Positions 13,728 to 25,922 of a DNA stretch of 64,000 nt are shown here, piece by piece. The notes beneath the pieces were generated by a model. The model did not search any database. It had not been told where the DNA came from and saw nothing but the letters and a program-made list of their open reading frames with translations. Source of the stretch: Setoptus koraiensis (lineage: Eukaryota; Animalia; Arthropoda); assembly GCA_048013815.1 (NCBI GenBank), contig CM106586.1:20274001-20338000 (forward strand). Direction: 5' to 3'. Each line of letters opens with the position of its first letter. The first letter of the stretch is position 1. A program made the translations under genes and the position numbers.

Positions 13728-16700
13728 TCATGGTAATAAGTAGCGAATATAAGGTACTTCGACATCTTCTCCTTCTTCATCATTACAACAAACTTCTAGC
13801 ACCAACGCTTTCACATGAGGCTCAATCTTTCTTTTGGACACCCTCTTGACAACCTCGCTCATTACCAGATCCATCCGCTCTTCTCTCTTAGCTTGACTCA
13901 TGAAGAACGAATATAACATACAAACACCCTGTGATAACATAGTGATCTCTAACTTGTGCTCGTTCTTGAAATGTTCTAGGAACTGACGCAGTGTCATCTC
14001 TCCCGTCACTTCAAATCGATCCCATAAGGTGAATTCCGTATCTCTATATTTCTGCTTAGCAGCGGCTATGGGTTCTGAAAATCCAAAAAATGGAAGGGCT
14101 AAATTGACAAATCCATTCTTGTAAGTTTCTAGTTTCCGGCTACCTTGAATTAATTTGTATAATTCTAGACATACTAAACCTGCAACCAGTGAGGTAGTTG
14201 TGGCAATGGCAGGCATGATTTTTCCTGCAATTAATTTACTCTTATGCCGATCGGCCGGTGCTATACCATAATTTTCTGCCCTAAGGTTTGATGAAGCTAC
14301 CACAAAATCCATGTGGAAGTTTGTGTCGTCGTCCTTCTCAAAATCGATGGGATTGATCGCAAAATCAACTAGTTTCTCCGGTGGTGGCAACTCATCTCTA
14401 ATCAGAGATAGCCTATCCATATCGGGCATACCACCATCCATATTATTATTTTGAGCCTCTGCATCATTCACGGCTATCTTTACTCCCTGCTTTGGTACGA
14501 ACTCAGGCACGTGAATCTTTGAGAGTATCTCAACAATCTTGCTACGATCTCTACATTGAGGTATACCATAGACATGAGCTTTTAGATTAGCGGCCGCCAT
14601 AACATAGTCTACATGAACGGGATTCTCTAATGAGAATGTTAGTGGATGAGGACATCGTTTGGGACCAGACCAAAATGGGGCACCTGAGCTAGTTGTTTGG
14701 TCGGGAGGGAAGTTGTAGAGAAGCTGGCGAATTTGATTATCGTATTGTTCTTGCCAGTGCTTGCGAGCCCATTCTATGCACGCTTCAAAACTAGCTGGTC
14801 TTTCATCAATGAGGACACGCTTGACAGATTCCAGCATCTCAATTGGTTGGTTTCCGGGTAGTTTCAGAGTTCGCTCCATAAATTTGGGATCAACTATATA
14901 CTGTTGTACGCACTCTGGTCCTTGCTTGAAAACACCTTCGAATTCATCTCTTGCCCATTGTAGAGTGTGCTCAATTGCATTCGGGAAGTTCTTTAGAGTG
15001 CAAATTGGTATAGATTTCTCAGGAGGATCTTGAGACGAGGAGTAAGACTCGGTCAGGAAAGGTATCACAACTTGTGTGTTACCTTTAGTTCCTAAGGTTC
15101 CTGATTCCAATAATGGTTTCCTATAGTAGACACATCGCCTATCCATATAAATACGAGCATCAACGTTGTCTAGAGCATTGGCCACACCGTCCAAGTTATC
15201 GAAAAAGGCGTCGTCATAGATCCTCTCTGTTTCAGGTCCGACACGATTTTGGTGAGCAAAGATTCTTAAATTGGGATTCATCTTGGTTGCCGCTTTTGCA
15301 GCAGTTTCAGATTTCATTTTGCCAACATCCCAGGCCCTAAAAAAGAATTGCCTGTTTAAATTTGATCTTTCAATGATGTCCATATCAGTGATATAAATGG
15401 CGCCATTCTCACTAGCTCCCAATCCTAACATTGCAAAATTTTTTAATAGCTCACAACCGATCGCTCCAGCACCAACCAAAAAATATTTAGAACGGATTAT
15501 TTTGTCCTGAAATTGTTGACCAAATATGGCCACCTGTCTGTCATAGCGAGTATTTTTAGGTTGACAGTCCTCGAACTTAGGGTAAAGCTTTTCATCTTCG
15601 GGTAAACATTCCAATGCGTCAAAATAGAACCATTGCTTGATGGGCATGAATTTTCCTGTGCAAGCTTTCATTACTTCTTGCGCCACAATACCACCAATAA
15701 CAGCTTGCATTGGCGCAACATCCCCGTAGACCAACTTTGAAAATAGGCTCATCAGCTTGCTGTCAAGCTCCACGTTTGTCTCTTTGGCCAACGATTGAGC
15801 TATTAAATTAAATTGGACAGCATCGTCATCGTTCCATGGCTTGGGTATGCGATTATAAGTGATTTTAAATTGATCTAAGGCTGAGAAGGCTAAATGCAGT
15901 TGCTGGGGACGCTCCATTTTGGCAAAATCCGACAGAACGAATAGATCTTCTGACTTGTATGCTTCACTAAACGGCTTGAAGTGGACTGTTACAGGCATCT
16001 TGACCTGTGTGGCAACTCCACCTCTGACGTACGGCTTGAATCCAGTAACATCGCCGATATTAAAAGTGAATGGACCTAAGACTTTGATTTTTCGTGGTTT
16101 ACATTGATTAAGCTCGGTCATACCTTGAATTTCGTGAAAGGTAACATAGTCTCCATCCTCAAATCCGTGTCTAGTTTCATCTAGACAGGTAACAACGCCA
16201 TCGCTGGTGATGGATGAGATAATTGTTGAAATGGGCTGTTCGCCAGTGGGGTCGTTGACTTGAAATACTTCACCAAAATCACAAAATATTTGCCCAAACA
16301 AACCGCGGGTAGAGGCCACAATAAGGGCTATGTTCATTTCACGAGCACATTGAGTTACTTGTTGAACATCACGATAACTAGATTCGGTCAGCACAATGAC
16401 GCTGAATCTGGACAAAAATTGCTTATCTAGTAGAGGGCCGGTGTGTGTTGAGACCTGCACATAAGAGTTTAGTTCGGCCAAGTGGGCATGTGTGGCCTCG
16501 GCCATATTTTTTCCTACATCCTTCTCTTCGAGATAGAATTGAGATGACAAATCTTGGATTTGGCATTGGCTTTGAGAATGCAGTGTGACAGATTTAACGC
16601 CTCCTAATATAACATTCTTCGCTATCTCTACACCTAGACCATTGAGGCCTGAGATGAGAATGTTTGATGAGGCCATACGACGCATTGCCTCGTGTCCCAA

Positions 16701-16793
16701 GACATACAACTGCCTAGAATACAGGCTTTCATCAATATCCATATCTAGACGGATCCTTTTTACTTTTGTCTCGGTATCGGAATCAATTGACAT
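13728..16793 (-). CDS. Uba1: Ubiquitin-activating enzyme E1, intronless (start taken at ATG 16793, 1021 aa)
   Basis: [32 protein letters not shown], catalytic [20 protein letters not shown]-terminal UFD ending VPYIRY. Confidence 0.97.
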   Translation of the reverse strand: MSIDSDTETKVKRIRLDMDIDESLYSRQLYVLGHEAMRRMASSNILISGLNGLGVEIAKNVILGGVKSVTLHSQSQCQIQDLSSQFYLEEKDVGKNMAEATHAHLAELNSYVQVSTHTGPLLDKQFLSRFSVIVLTESSYRDVQQVTQCAREMNIALIVASTRGLFGQIFCDFGEVFQVNDPTGEQPISTIISSITSDGVVTCLDETRHGFEDGDYVTFHEIQGMTELNQCKPRKIKVLGPFTFNIGDVTGFKPYVRGGVATQVKMPVTVHFKPFSEAYKSEDLFVLSDFAKMERPQQLHLAFSALDQFKITYNRIPKPWNDDDAVQFNLIAQSLAKETNVELDSKLMSLFSKLVYGDVAPMQAVIGGIVAQEVMKACTGKFMPIKQWFYFDALECLPEDEKLYPKFEDCQPKNTRYDRQVAIFGQQFQDKIIRSKYFLVGAGAIGCELLKNFAMLGLGASENGAIYITDMDIIERSNLNRQFFFRAWDVGKMKSETAAKAATKMNPNLRIFAHQNRVGPETERIYDDAFFDNLDGVANALDNVDARIYMDRRCVYYRKPLLESGTLGTKGNTQVVIPFLTESYSSSQDPPEKSIPICTLKNFPNAIEHTLQWARDEFEGVFKQGPECVQQYIVDPKFMERTLKLPGNQPIEMLESVKRVLIDERPASFEACIEWARKHWQEQYDNQIRQLLYNFPPDQTTSSGAPFWSGPKRCPHPLTFSLENPVHVDYVMAAANLKAHVYGIPQCRDRSKIVEILSKIHVPEFVPKQGVKIAVNDAEAQNNNMDGGMPDMDRLSLIRDELPPPEKLVDFAINPIDFEKDDDTNFHMDFVVASSNLRAENYGIAPADRHKSKLIAGKIMPAIATTTSLVAGLVCLELYKLIQGSRKLETYKNGFVNLALPFFGFSEPIAAAKQKYRDTEFTLWDRFEVTGEMTLRQFLEHFKNEHKLEITMLSQGVCMLYSFFMSQAKREERMDLVMSEVVKRVSKRKIEPHVKALVLEVCCNDEEGEDVEVPYIRYLLP

Positions 16794-17821
16794 ATGTTGG
16801 CTTATAATAATTATTGTGACTGCCACAAGTGGGCAATTGAATTAATTATAATTATATTTGTAATAACAGCAATGATACTAATAATAATGATACGATATCA
16901 ATGGTTACATTGATAATAAAGAGAGATTATCTAGCGATGACAATAATATTTGTATGAATTCTACGCTTTGTCTGTCTGTCTGCGTGTGTGTGAATTGTCC
17001 TATTTGAACGCCTTTCAAATCTCCAAACATCGATCAGAAAACATCCGCCAGGAGCGCTTGCGACGCTTGAAAATGTACGACGAAAGCCGATGTTTTGTTG
17101 AATGTTACTTATTTTTTTTTTGATTGCGAGCTCTATTGATGAAGATAATCTCGCACGCGATTCTTGACGCAATGGTTCACTATAAAACAGTCTTGCAATT
17201 GGATATTCCACCGACGCTAACTGCGGCAGCCACACGTTGCTTGAACACAGAATGGCAACGACACCCTGGCGGAACTTTTGCGCATTGATTTTTTGGACAT
17301 GGTAAAATGGTCACACAAGAGAAACATTCGATCACATTGCTCATGTAAAGGGTGTAACAATCAACTAGACCGGTTTCCACTGTTTGTGCAGCGTTGACTT
17401 ACACAGTGCATTTTTTGAAACGATCAGTGTTGCACAAGCACAGAACGTGCTCGCAGTGCACACATTGCGCACACAAATCAGTGGGGCATCCTTCTGCTGA
17501 GAAGCGCGCTCATGACTTATCCATTCGAATGTTACACAATGTACGAAACCCCTTCATAGGATACATACTGTGCAGCACATAACAGGACAAACGTTGAACA
17601 GATCTGCAGAGTGTCAAACGAGTCAGTTGTGTCAATTGGTTCGTCGAATGCCCGGTGCACCATCTGTGCAGCTCCGTTCATGGCACAAAATGCATTGTGA
17701 GGGGGCCGTGATAGGCCTAACAGTATAAATTGGTCTGGCTGATTGTTGCAGCGAAAGTTGCTGACTGCTATGCGACCACATCAATACGCACAGCGCGGAT
17801 ATTTGAAAAATGCACTGTCGA

Positions 17822-18446
17822 TAGTGATCGGGGGAGAGCCGTCTCCCTCTCCCCCTCCCGCTGTGTATAGAGGGGAGAGGGAGAAAAAATCTCCCCCTCC
17901 CGCTGTCAAGAGAGGGAAGAGGGAGTCTCCCCCTCCCGTCTCCCGCTTTGGGAGGGGGAGAGGGAATCTCCCTCTCCCTCTCCCGCTCGGGGAGACGGGA
18001 GAGGGAATCTCCCGGGGAGAAATCCGTCTCCCGGGGAGAGCCCGGGGAGACGATCTCGTCAGCATGGCACTCGCCACGACAACTCACTGGTTTTTTTGGC
18101 AAAATATCAGTGTCCACTGTTAATTGTCCTCGTCAATTGCTGAATATGGGTGAAACTAGTGAGCCTGTTGCAGTGTCTGAAGGAGAAATCGTCTCCCCGG
18201 GCTCTCCCCGGGAGACGGATTTCTCCCCGGGAGATGCCCTCTCTCATCTCCCCGAGCGGGAGAGGGAGAGTGAGATGCCCTCTCCCGTCTCCCCGAGCGG
18301 GAGAGGGAGGGGGAGATGCCCTCTCCCCTTCCCCGAGTTTGAAACGGGAGGGGGAGATTTTTTCTCCCTCTCCCAAAAATTTGAACGGGACGGGAGAGGG
18401 GAACCTCCCATTTGGGAGACGCTCTCCCGCTCTCCCCCGATCACTA
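17822..18446. mobile_element. Non-autonomous foldback/MITE of hAT type, 625 bp, with 8-bp TSD ACTGTCGA
   Basis: Termini TAGTGATCGGGGGAGAG...CTCTCCCCCGATCACTA are inverted. Imperfect inverted arms ~17822-18057 and ~18188-18446 flank a ~130-bp spacer. Identical ACTGTCGA at 17814-17821 and 18447-18454. Confidence 0.88.
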
Positions 18447-19229
18447 ACTGTCGATTCTGTGAATAGTAGATTCATATCCACAGATGAAGGGGGATACAGA
18501 CACAGGCAAATTCAAGCAACCTCGAAGACTGCGCCCCCTTGCGCAAAATCTGTGGTTGTTGAGGAACAGTAACTGTACACCAGGCGAAGGGGAAATAGTT
18601 GGGTACCATTTCCCCATTCGCACTGTTAGCGCGAAATTTTGAACTGCGATCTAAGTTAGTGACGCACAGTCTGACCACCGAACATTGGCACGATAGGCAT
18701 TGCACATTACAGTTTTTGGTGAGCAATGATTACTAGACAGTATGAACCCTATTTCCGTCATCTCTGCGATGTCATTTTGTCTCGACAAGACAAAAGTTAT
18801 AACCATCTCATCATTGCGAGATACTTTTATTGTTGCTAGAAACTCTTATGCAAATGAATAAAATATTGATCGGCTTAACCAGCGCTCCGCCCCTAAAGTT
18901 GCGGTCTGAATGGTTCCTATCACGGTGGCCTACCGATAGGACAATTGGAACGATCCAATAATATATTGTCCTCGATGATCAATCAATCTCGCGTGCCTAG
19001 AACTACCCCAAAAGAACTTCACCGAAGCTAGGTTTCGATCAGAGTAAACTGAGAAGGCCCACTCATTAACTGCATGGTTCGAACTTGGATTGGTGTCATC
19101 GGCTTGCTTGCTGACTTTTGATATCAGATGAATCCTTGCACAATTTTCAACAAGCATGATTCCTAAACCTAAGAACTGTCTTCATGAGTGACGGGTAAAA
19201 GTTTATCGATCCTCTGATTGATTGACAAA

Positions 19230-19960
19230 GAGAAGATATCGATCTGTGTGCTACCATTTGCGGTTAGATGTTAATCGAACAAGTGTAGCTCGACGATCAA
19301 TTTGCTATTCGAACAGGTCAGAACTTTCCCTGGCCTTGTTAATCTTCACTTATCATAACGTTTTAGCTCTTGTTCCAACGTTGCCAATACATCCGTTAGG
19401 GCCCGAATGCCACCATCGAAGAATACTGGATAGCAGCCATCTTAGCATTGCTTTATGCTTGGCGAAATTTCAATTGACAATGGTGTTCCGTCTATCCGAC
19501 AGGCTCTGCGAATTGGTGTACGCCTATAGGCTGTGCCCTAGAGTCAATGTCCATTTCATAACGATGGTCGGACTAGTGAATTCCGTCATTTCAGCGCTCA
19601 ATCAATCATAAAGTTTGTTTCACCTGCCTTATTAAAATTTGCGGTTTCTGAGAGTTGTTTCATTGTCTGCTCGACTAAATGAGACATTGCTAGTACATAT
19701 AATGAACATACTCAGACGACATAGCTGGTTTACTATGCAGCTTCATTTATCAGAAATATACATCGTGCTTGAAACATCCGTCGTGGATCTAAAATCAGCT
19801 ATATTTACTGATTCAACCCAGTAAAGTATAGACAGAGGACGATGGACAGCTAGTAGAGTCACTAGATTAGTGACTCTAGATCTCTCATTGCCCATAACAG
19901 CTACAAATAAGCCACTAAAAAAGGGAATTCGTACCGCATAATGAAGGGCTGAATATGTCA
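19230..19960 (-). pseudogene. Probable decayed FMN-dependent alpha-hydroxy acid oxidase (glycolate/lactate oxidase family) pseudogene
   Basis: Minus-strand fragments are collinear with HAO motifs: MYISDK*..NQLCR ~ LYIYKDR..KLVR; RNRKF ~ RNRF; FTSPTIVMK ~ LTSLPIVAK; RIDGTPLSIEISPSI..VFFDGGIRALTDVL ~ QLDGVPATIDVLPEI..VFLDGGVRKGTDVL. Several stops and frameshifts. Manual alignment only. Confidence 0.5.
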
Positions 19961-20758
19961 GGAGTAGATATTTCGAATCTTATATTGTGAAGCTTCCAAT
20001 GATTAGCAATAAATCGAAATGTAGACAGAAGGAAAGGGCCGTTTTTTCGCTATCACTGAGTGCAAGTTTCAGGTAACTCGACATCCGCTCAACCATCATG
20101 CCGAATGAATTGATGCATTAACTATCGAATCTCAATCATATCATCATAGTGAGAGGCGCTCCTATCATACATAGAGGCCGTCTAAATCAGTCTACACTTG
20201 ATAGTTTCATCATCCATGAAGCCGCCATTATAAAAGATAAAAAAGTTTCTATTGTGCTAGGGCTCACATGTGACATCAATGTGATACCAGCGAGCATATT
20301 TCTGTAACGCGTAAACAATCTTTGACTTTATTCAAACACGATGATGTTGTCGTCCCGTCATTGGTTTGTTGATATCAGCCAGTCGTGAACAACTATTTGC
20401 CTAGTTACAAAAGTTGAGAAGCAGTGGATGTTTTTAAGTTGTAAGTGAAGGTTATTCTTAGCTCACCATGATACTCGAGGAATTTCAGACAATGACTCAA
20501 TGATACATTTGGGACAAACAACAAACAAATATTACCAAACGATACTAGTAACGTGTTTCGGTTGCGATAAAATTCCTATAGTTTGCCTAGACCATTATTT
20601 TGCTCACGTCGGACTCTGAAAATAACTTGTCTGGAAAAACTATTTGCTCACTTCGCCCGGGAACGATGAAAGAGGTCGCTTTTTCAGATAATTCAATAGA
20701 TGAGAATTGAACCAATCGACAAGCATTGACATACACCATTCACCAATTGGATCACAAA

Positions 20759-20959
20759 ATGCAAGCAAAACTATCCCTTATTGTCGTTTTGGCCTTGTTT
20801 GTAGTAGCAATGGTTGCCGTTGCACCGGGCGTTGATGCACTCTGTGAAAAATGCAAGGCATCAGTGTCTTGTTGTGATGCTTGTTGCACCAGCGAGGGCT
20901 ATGAGTTCCTAATGAGAGACGGTGAATGCAGTTGCTCGAGCCGAAGAATAAGCGGATAA
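20759..20959 (+). CDS. Secreted 8-Cys peptide, copy A (66 aa)
   Basis: ATG at 20759; 27-aa signal peptide ending GVDA; mature LCEKCKASVSCCDACCTSEGYEFLMRDGECSCSSRRISG; downstream AATAAA; five paralogs nearby. Confidence 0.88.
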   Translation: MQAKLSLIVVLALFVVAMVAVAPGVDALCEKCKASVSCCDACCTSEGYEFLMRDGECSCSSRRISG

Positions 20960-21849
20960 AAATGAGCGAATGTAAAAGTGACAGAATGGCGCCATTAAGA
21001 AAAGTCGAGAACGATCGGATAGCGAAAATTTCGCAGCATCACAATTACATGTAATAAAAAATCGAATAAAGTTCTCGAGAATCGCAAATACTTCTATCCA
21101 GAGTGTCTCTACTTTTATTCGCATTGATTGCTACAGCATCCATCCCTTAGCTTAAACATTTCGTTCGAGATGTTTTGCGATTTTTCAAAGAGGCCGGGAG
21201 AGTACTAGCATAAAAGCTATGATTGAGAAATCTGTCGCTGTGACAAATTCACACATATTTCTCATAGATACTTCGTCCAAAAAAATCATGAAGTGGTGTT
21301 TATGAAATTCTGAACGAAGCCAATTAATTGAACGAACCTATCAACATTCGAATTTTTCGAAACAATCTTTGAGCTCGATGGGACATGGGTGACTAATTCT
21401 AATTCATGAAACGCGTAAACAGTCCTTGAATCTAATCATAGATGATGTTGCTGTCGTCTAGTCGTTAGCTTGTTGATATCGGCCAGTTGTAAACAACTAT
21501 CAGCCTAGTTGCAAAAGTTTCGAACCAATAGATGTTTGTAAGTTGCAAGTGAAGGTTATTCTTAGCTCACCATGACATTCGCCGAATTCCAAACAATGAC
21601 TCAATGATACATCTGGGACAAGCAACAGATATATATTACTAAACGACACTGGTAACGCGTTTTGTTTGCGATGAAATTTCTATCGTGTGTCAAGACCATT
21701 GTTTTGCTCATTGTCGGACTCTTAAAATAACTTGTCTGAAAAACTACTCGCTCACTATAAGAGAGGTTGCTCTTTCAGGTAATCCAACAGGTGAAAATTG
21801 AACAAACCAACAACCATTGACATACATCATTCACCAATTGAATCACAAA

Positions 21850-22050
21850 ATGCAAGCAAAACTATCTCTTATTGTCGTTTTGGCCTTGTTTGCCGTGGCA
21901 ATGGTTGCCGTTGCACCGGGCGTTGATGCACTCTGTGAAAAATGCAAGGCATCAGTGTCTTGTTGTGATGCTTGTTGCACCAGCGAGGGCTATGAGTTCC
22001 TAATGAGAGACGGTGAATGCAGTTGCTCGAGCCGAAGAATAAGCGGATAA
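21850..22050 (+). CDS. Secreted 8-Cys peptide, copy B (66 aa)
   Basis: ATG at 21850; mature peptide identical to copy A; conserved upstream blocks and poly(A) signal. Confidence 0.9.
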   Translation: MQAKLSLIVVLALFAVAMVAVAPGVDALCEKCKASVSCCDACCTSEGYEFLMRDGECSCSSRRISG

Positions 22051-22887
22051 AAATGAGCGAATGTAAAAGTGACAGAATGGCGCCATTAAGAAAAGTCGAG
22101 AACGATCGGATAGCGAAAATTTCGCAGCATCACAATTACATGTAATAAAAATCGAATAAAGTTCTCGAGAATCGCAAATATTTCTGACCAGAGTGTCTCT
22201 AGTTTTATTCGCATTGATCGCTACAGCATCCATCGCTTAGCTTAAACATTTCGCGCGAGATGTTTTGTGGTTTTTCAAAGAGGCCGGCATGAGTACTAGA
22301 ATAACGGCTCTGATTGAAAAATCTGTCGCTGCGACAAATTTACACGCGTGGTTCTCATAGATACTTCGTCCAAAGAATTTACGAAATGGTGTTTATGAAA
22401 TTTTGAGCGAAGCCAATTAATTGAACGAACCTATCAACATTCGAATTTTTCGAAACAATCTTTGAGCTCTATGGGACATGGGCGACTGATTCTAATTCAT
22501 GAAACGCGTAAACAGTCCTTGAATCTATTCATAGACGATGTTGTTATCGTCCCATCGTTTGTTGATATCGTCTCATCGTTTGTTGATATCGTCCAGTTGT
22601 AAACAGACTATTTGCCTAGTCACAAAAGTTTCGAACCAATAGATGTTTTTAAGTTGCAAGTGACAGTTATTCTTAGCTCACTATGACTTTCGCCGAATTC
22701 CAGACAATGACTCAATGACTCAATGATACATCTGGGACAAGCAACAAACTAATATAACCAAAAGATACTGGTAACGTGTCTCGGTTGCGACGAAATTCCT
22801 TTAGTGTGTCTAGACCATTGTTTCGCTCACGTCTGACTCTGAAAATAACTTGTCTGAAAAAACTGCTTGTTCACTTCTCGCGGACAC

Positions 22888-22894
22888 TATAAAA
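22888..22894 (+). promoter_or_regulatory. TATA box of peptide gene C
   Basis: TATAAAA in the conserved context GGACAC-TATAAAA-GAGG, at the same position in C, D and E. Confidence 0.7.
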
Positions 22895-22991
22895 GAGGTT
22901 GCTTTTTCGGATAATGCAACAGATGAAAATTGAACCAATCAACAACCACATACAAATCCGATACTAACATTTACTATCTACCAATCGCAAA

Positions 22992-23192
22992 ATGCAAGCA
23001 AAATTATCCCTCATCGTGGTTTTGGCCTTGTTTGCCGTGGCAATGGTTGCCGTTGCACCAGGCGTTGATGCAGCTTGTGAGCACTGCGGTGCATCTACTT
23101 CCTGTTGTAACGATTGTTGCGCCAACCGTGGCTATGAGTCCCAAATGAAAAACGATCAATGCAGTTGCTCGAGCCGAAGAACAAGCGGATAA
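22992..23192 (+). CDS. Secreted 8-Cys peptide, copy C (66 aa)
   Basis: Mature ACEHCGASTSCCNDCCANRGYESQMKNDQCSCSSRRTSG; TATAAAA 104 nt upstream of the ATG. Confidence 0.92.
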   Translation: MQAKLSLIVVLALFAVAMVAVAPGVDAACEHCGASTSCCNDCCANRGYESQMKNDQCSCSSRRTSG

Positions 23193-24306
23193 AAATAAGC
23201 GAATGTAAAAGTGATAGGATGGCGCCATCAAGAAAAGTCAAGACCGATCGGATAGCGAAAATTTCATAACATAACATTTACATGTAATAAAAATCGAATA
23301 AAATTCTCGAGAATCGCAAATATTTGTGTCCAGAGTGTCGCTACTTTTCTCCCCATCGATTGCTATAGCATCCATCGCAGGCATTTCGTTCGAGATGTTT
23401 TGTGATTTTCTAAGGAGGCCGACATGAGTACAATCATCAAGTCTCACTGATATTTCATTAAGTGTAACAGAGAGACGGGGAAGACATCTCAATTTGTTTC
23501 GTTTCCCGTCAAATTATTTCGTATCTTACCCAATAATGCTAGAGACTTTGGGCACAATCAATTTTCCCAGCAATCTCGCCAGAGATCTATAGAATGATAG
23601 ACCCAATGCACAAGTCCATTCTAACACTGCTCAGCCGCCTGTCGTGTGAGCTCGCCGATCTTTTTCTGACGGGCCGATTCTTGTGGATTTCGATGAGATG
23701 AGCGGACGAGTTTTAGTCGACTTGACATCCGCTCAACCCTTATACCCAGTGAATATCGAATCTCAATAATATTCGCATAGTTATGAGCGCTCTCATGATA
23801 CATAGGGGCCCGCTGGAACCGTATAGACTTGATAGTTTTTATCATCCATAGATCTGACAATGTACAAGATAAAAAAGTTGCTATCGTGCTAGGGCTCACA
23901 TGGTACACCAATGGGACACCAGCAAGCATATTTATGTTACGCGCAAACAGTCCTTGACCCTATTCATAGACGATGTTGTCGACGATTCCGTCGTTAGTTT
24001 GTTCATATCGGCCAGTTGTAAACAGACTATTTGCCTAGTTACAAAAGTTTCGAACCAATAGATGTTTTTAAGTTGCAAGTGACAGTTATTCTTAGCTCAT
24101 TATGACTTTCGCCGAATTCCAGACAATGACTCAATGACTCAATGATACATCTGGGACAAGCAACAAACTAATATAACCAAAAGATACTGGTAACGTGTTT
24201 CGGTTGCGACGAAATTCCTATAGTGTGTCTAGACCATTGTTTCGCTCACGTCGGACTCTGAAAATAACTTGTCTGAAAAAACTGCTCGTTCACTTCTCGC
24301 GGACAC

Positions 24307-24313
24307 TATAAAA
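24307..24313 (+). promoter_or_regulatory. TATA box of peptide gene D
   Basis: TATAAAA 106 nt upstream of the ATG, conserved context. Confidence 0.7.
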
Positions 24314-24412
24314 GAGGTTGCTTTTTCGGATAATGCAACAGATGAAAATTGAACCAATCAACAACCACATACAAATCCAATACTGACATTTACCCACCAA
24401 TTCAATCGCAAA

Positions 24413-24613
24413 ATGCAAGCAAAATTATCCCTCATCGTGGTTTTGGCCTTGTTTGCCGTGGCAATGGTTGCCGTTGCACCAGGCGTTGATGCAGATTGTG
24501 AGCACTGCGGTGCATCTACCTCTTGTTGTAATGATTGTTGTGCCAACAAGGGCTATGAGTCCCAAATGAAAAACGATCAATGCAGTTGCTCGAGCCGAAG
24601 AACAAGCGGATAA
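24413..24613 (+). CDS. Secreted 8-Cys peptide, copy D (66 aa)
   Basis: Mature DCEHCGASTSCCNDCCANKGYESQMKNDQCSCSSRRTSG; unit nearly identical to C, flanks included. Confidence 0.92.
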   Translation: MQAKLSLIVVLALFAVAMVAVAPGVDADCEHCGASTSCCNDCCANKGYESQMKNDQCSCSSRRTSG

Positions 24614-25403
24614 AAATAAGCGAATGTAAAAGTGACAGGATGGCGCCATCAAGAAAAGTCAAGACCGATCGGATAGCGAAAATTTCATAACATAACATTT
24701 ACATGTAATAAAAATCGAATAAAATTCTCGAGAATCGCAAATATTTGTGTCCAGAGTGTCGCTACTTTTCTCCCCATCGATTGCTATGGCATCCATCGCA
24801 GGCATTTCGTTCGAGATGTTTTGTGATTTTCTAAAGAGGCCGACATGAGTACAATCATCAAGTCTCACTGATATTTCATTAAGTGTAACAGAGAGACGGG
24901 GAAGACATCTCAATTTGTTTCGTTTCCCGTCAAATTATTTCGTATCTTACCCAACAAAGCTGGAGACTTTGGGCACAACCAATTTTATCATTAAGGCTAA
25001 TATTTTATGGTTGTCGGCTGGTCTATAACCGATCAATTTTTTGTGGTGGTTGTGGAAATCGTCTCACCAGATCATTCAAATCTGTTAGCTGTCACCTGAA
25101 CGGGTGCCGCTAATGCCGACATAAACTCTCAAAAATAAAAAATCATTTTCTAGTTTCTGCAGGTTTTGTTGTGACACTCTCATTGCAGTCTGAGCACTGG
25201 TAACGAATCGGAATCATTCGCCCATGCCACACGAAACTCCTTATTAAAACTGTAAATTTCCTAATTAGAGCTGTTAAAATTGTAATTACCGTGATATCGG
25301 TTGTAAAGACCATATTTAAAACAATAATTGTCGTATTTGCGGCCGTAAAAGTGCCCTTTAACTTGTGAATTTGTAAAATATTGGCTAATTTGGCCTTAAT
25401 TAG

Positions 25404-25922
25404 ATGTCCAAACGACGCATCGTTGATCTGGCCGCTCGCAAGTTTGCCTCGCGAACACCCACGAACGGAGATGATCTTAGCGACGCTGATGACGATGAGG
25501 CTAATGCATCTATCGTAGAGATTCCCGACTTTGTGCGCCCAATAACTAGCACACCCACAGCACGGACCTGGCCTAGACGACCGACTCTTTCCAGTGACGA
25601 TGAGATGCTGGCTATAGAAGATGCGCCTAGTGCGATTCACGGGGCAGAAAGCCATGTTCCTATGGTGCTGGGAGACGACGAGGATGATGGTAATGAGACC
25701 GGTGGTCCATCGACGACCCACAAGGCTCGTAAGGACAAGGGGAGCACTGAAAAGGCACAGAAGAAGGACTTGTCCATCCCAGGAGGTCGATTTCTGGCGA
25801 CTTGTAAGAATGATGATGAGTTGAATCGCGCATTCTCTTCCATGGCTATATTGTCCAACCCCATAAACAATTGGGATGACCGCATTGCTACCATTGTGGG
25901 TGCCGTGGCTCAGGCATATTAA
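25404..25922 (+). CDS. Orphan 172-aa acidic/disordered ORF between copies D and E; coding status uncertain
   Basis: ATG-initiated ORF, GC-richer than its flanks, protein-like composition; no recognisable domain. Confidence 0.35.
   Translation: MSKRRIVDLAARKFASRTPTNGDDLSDADDDEANASIVEIPDFVRPITSTPTARTWPRRPTLSSDDEMLAIEDAPSAIHGAESHVPMVLGDDEDDGNETGGPSTTHKARKDKGSTEKAQKKDLSIPGGRFLATCKNDDELNRAFSSMAILSNPINNWDDRIATIVGAVAQAY

Noticed and set aside
17632-18572. Several ORFs across the G/A-rich region
   Set aside because: They lie within the MITE arms; no transposase motifs.
19854-19879. Small hairpin TAGAGTCACTA-GAT-TAGTGACTCTA as a Helitron 3' end
   Set aside because: No correctly spaced terminal CTRR or matching 5' TC end was identified.
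20726-21850. 77-aa N-terminally extended versions of peptides A and B
   Set aside because: They use TTG starts; the conserved AAAATG context and signal peptide begin at MQAK in all copies.
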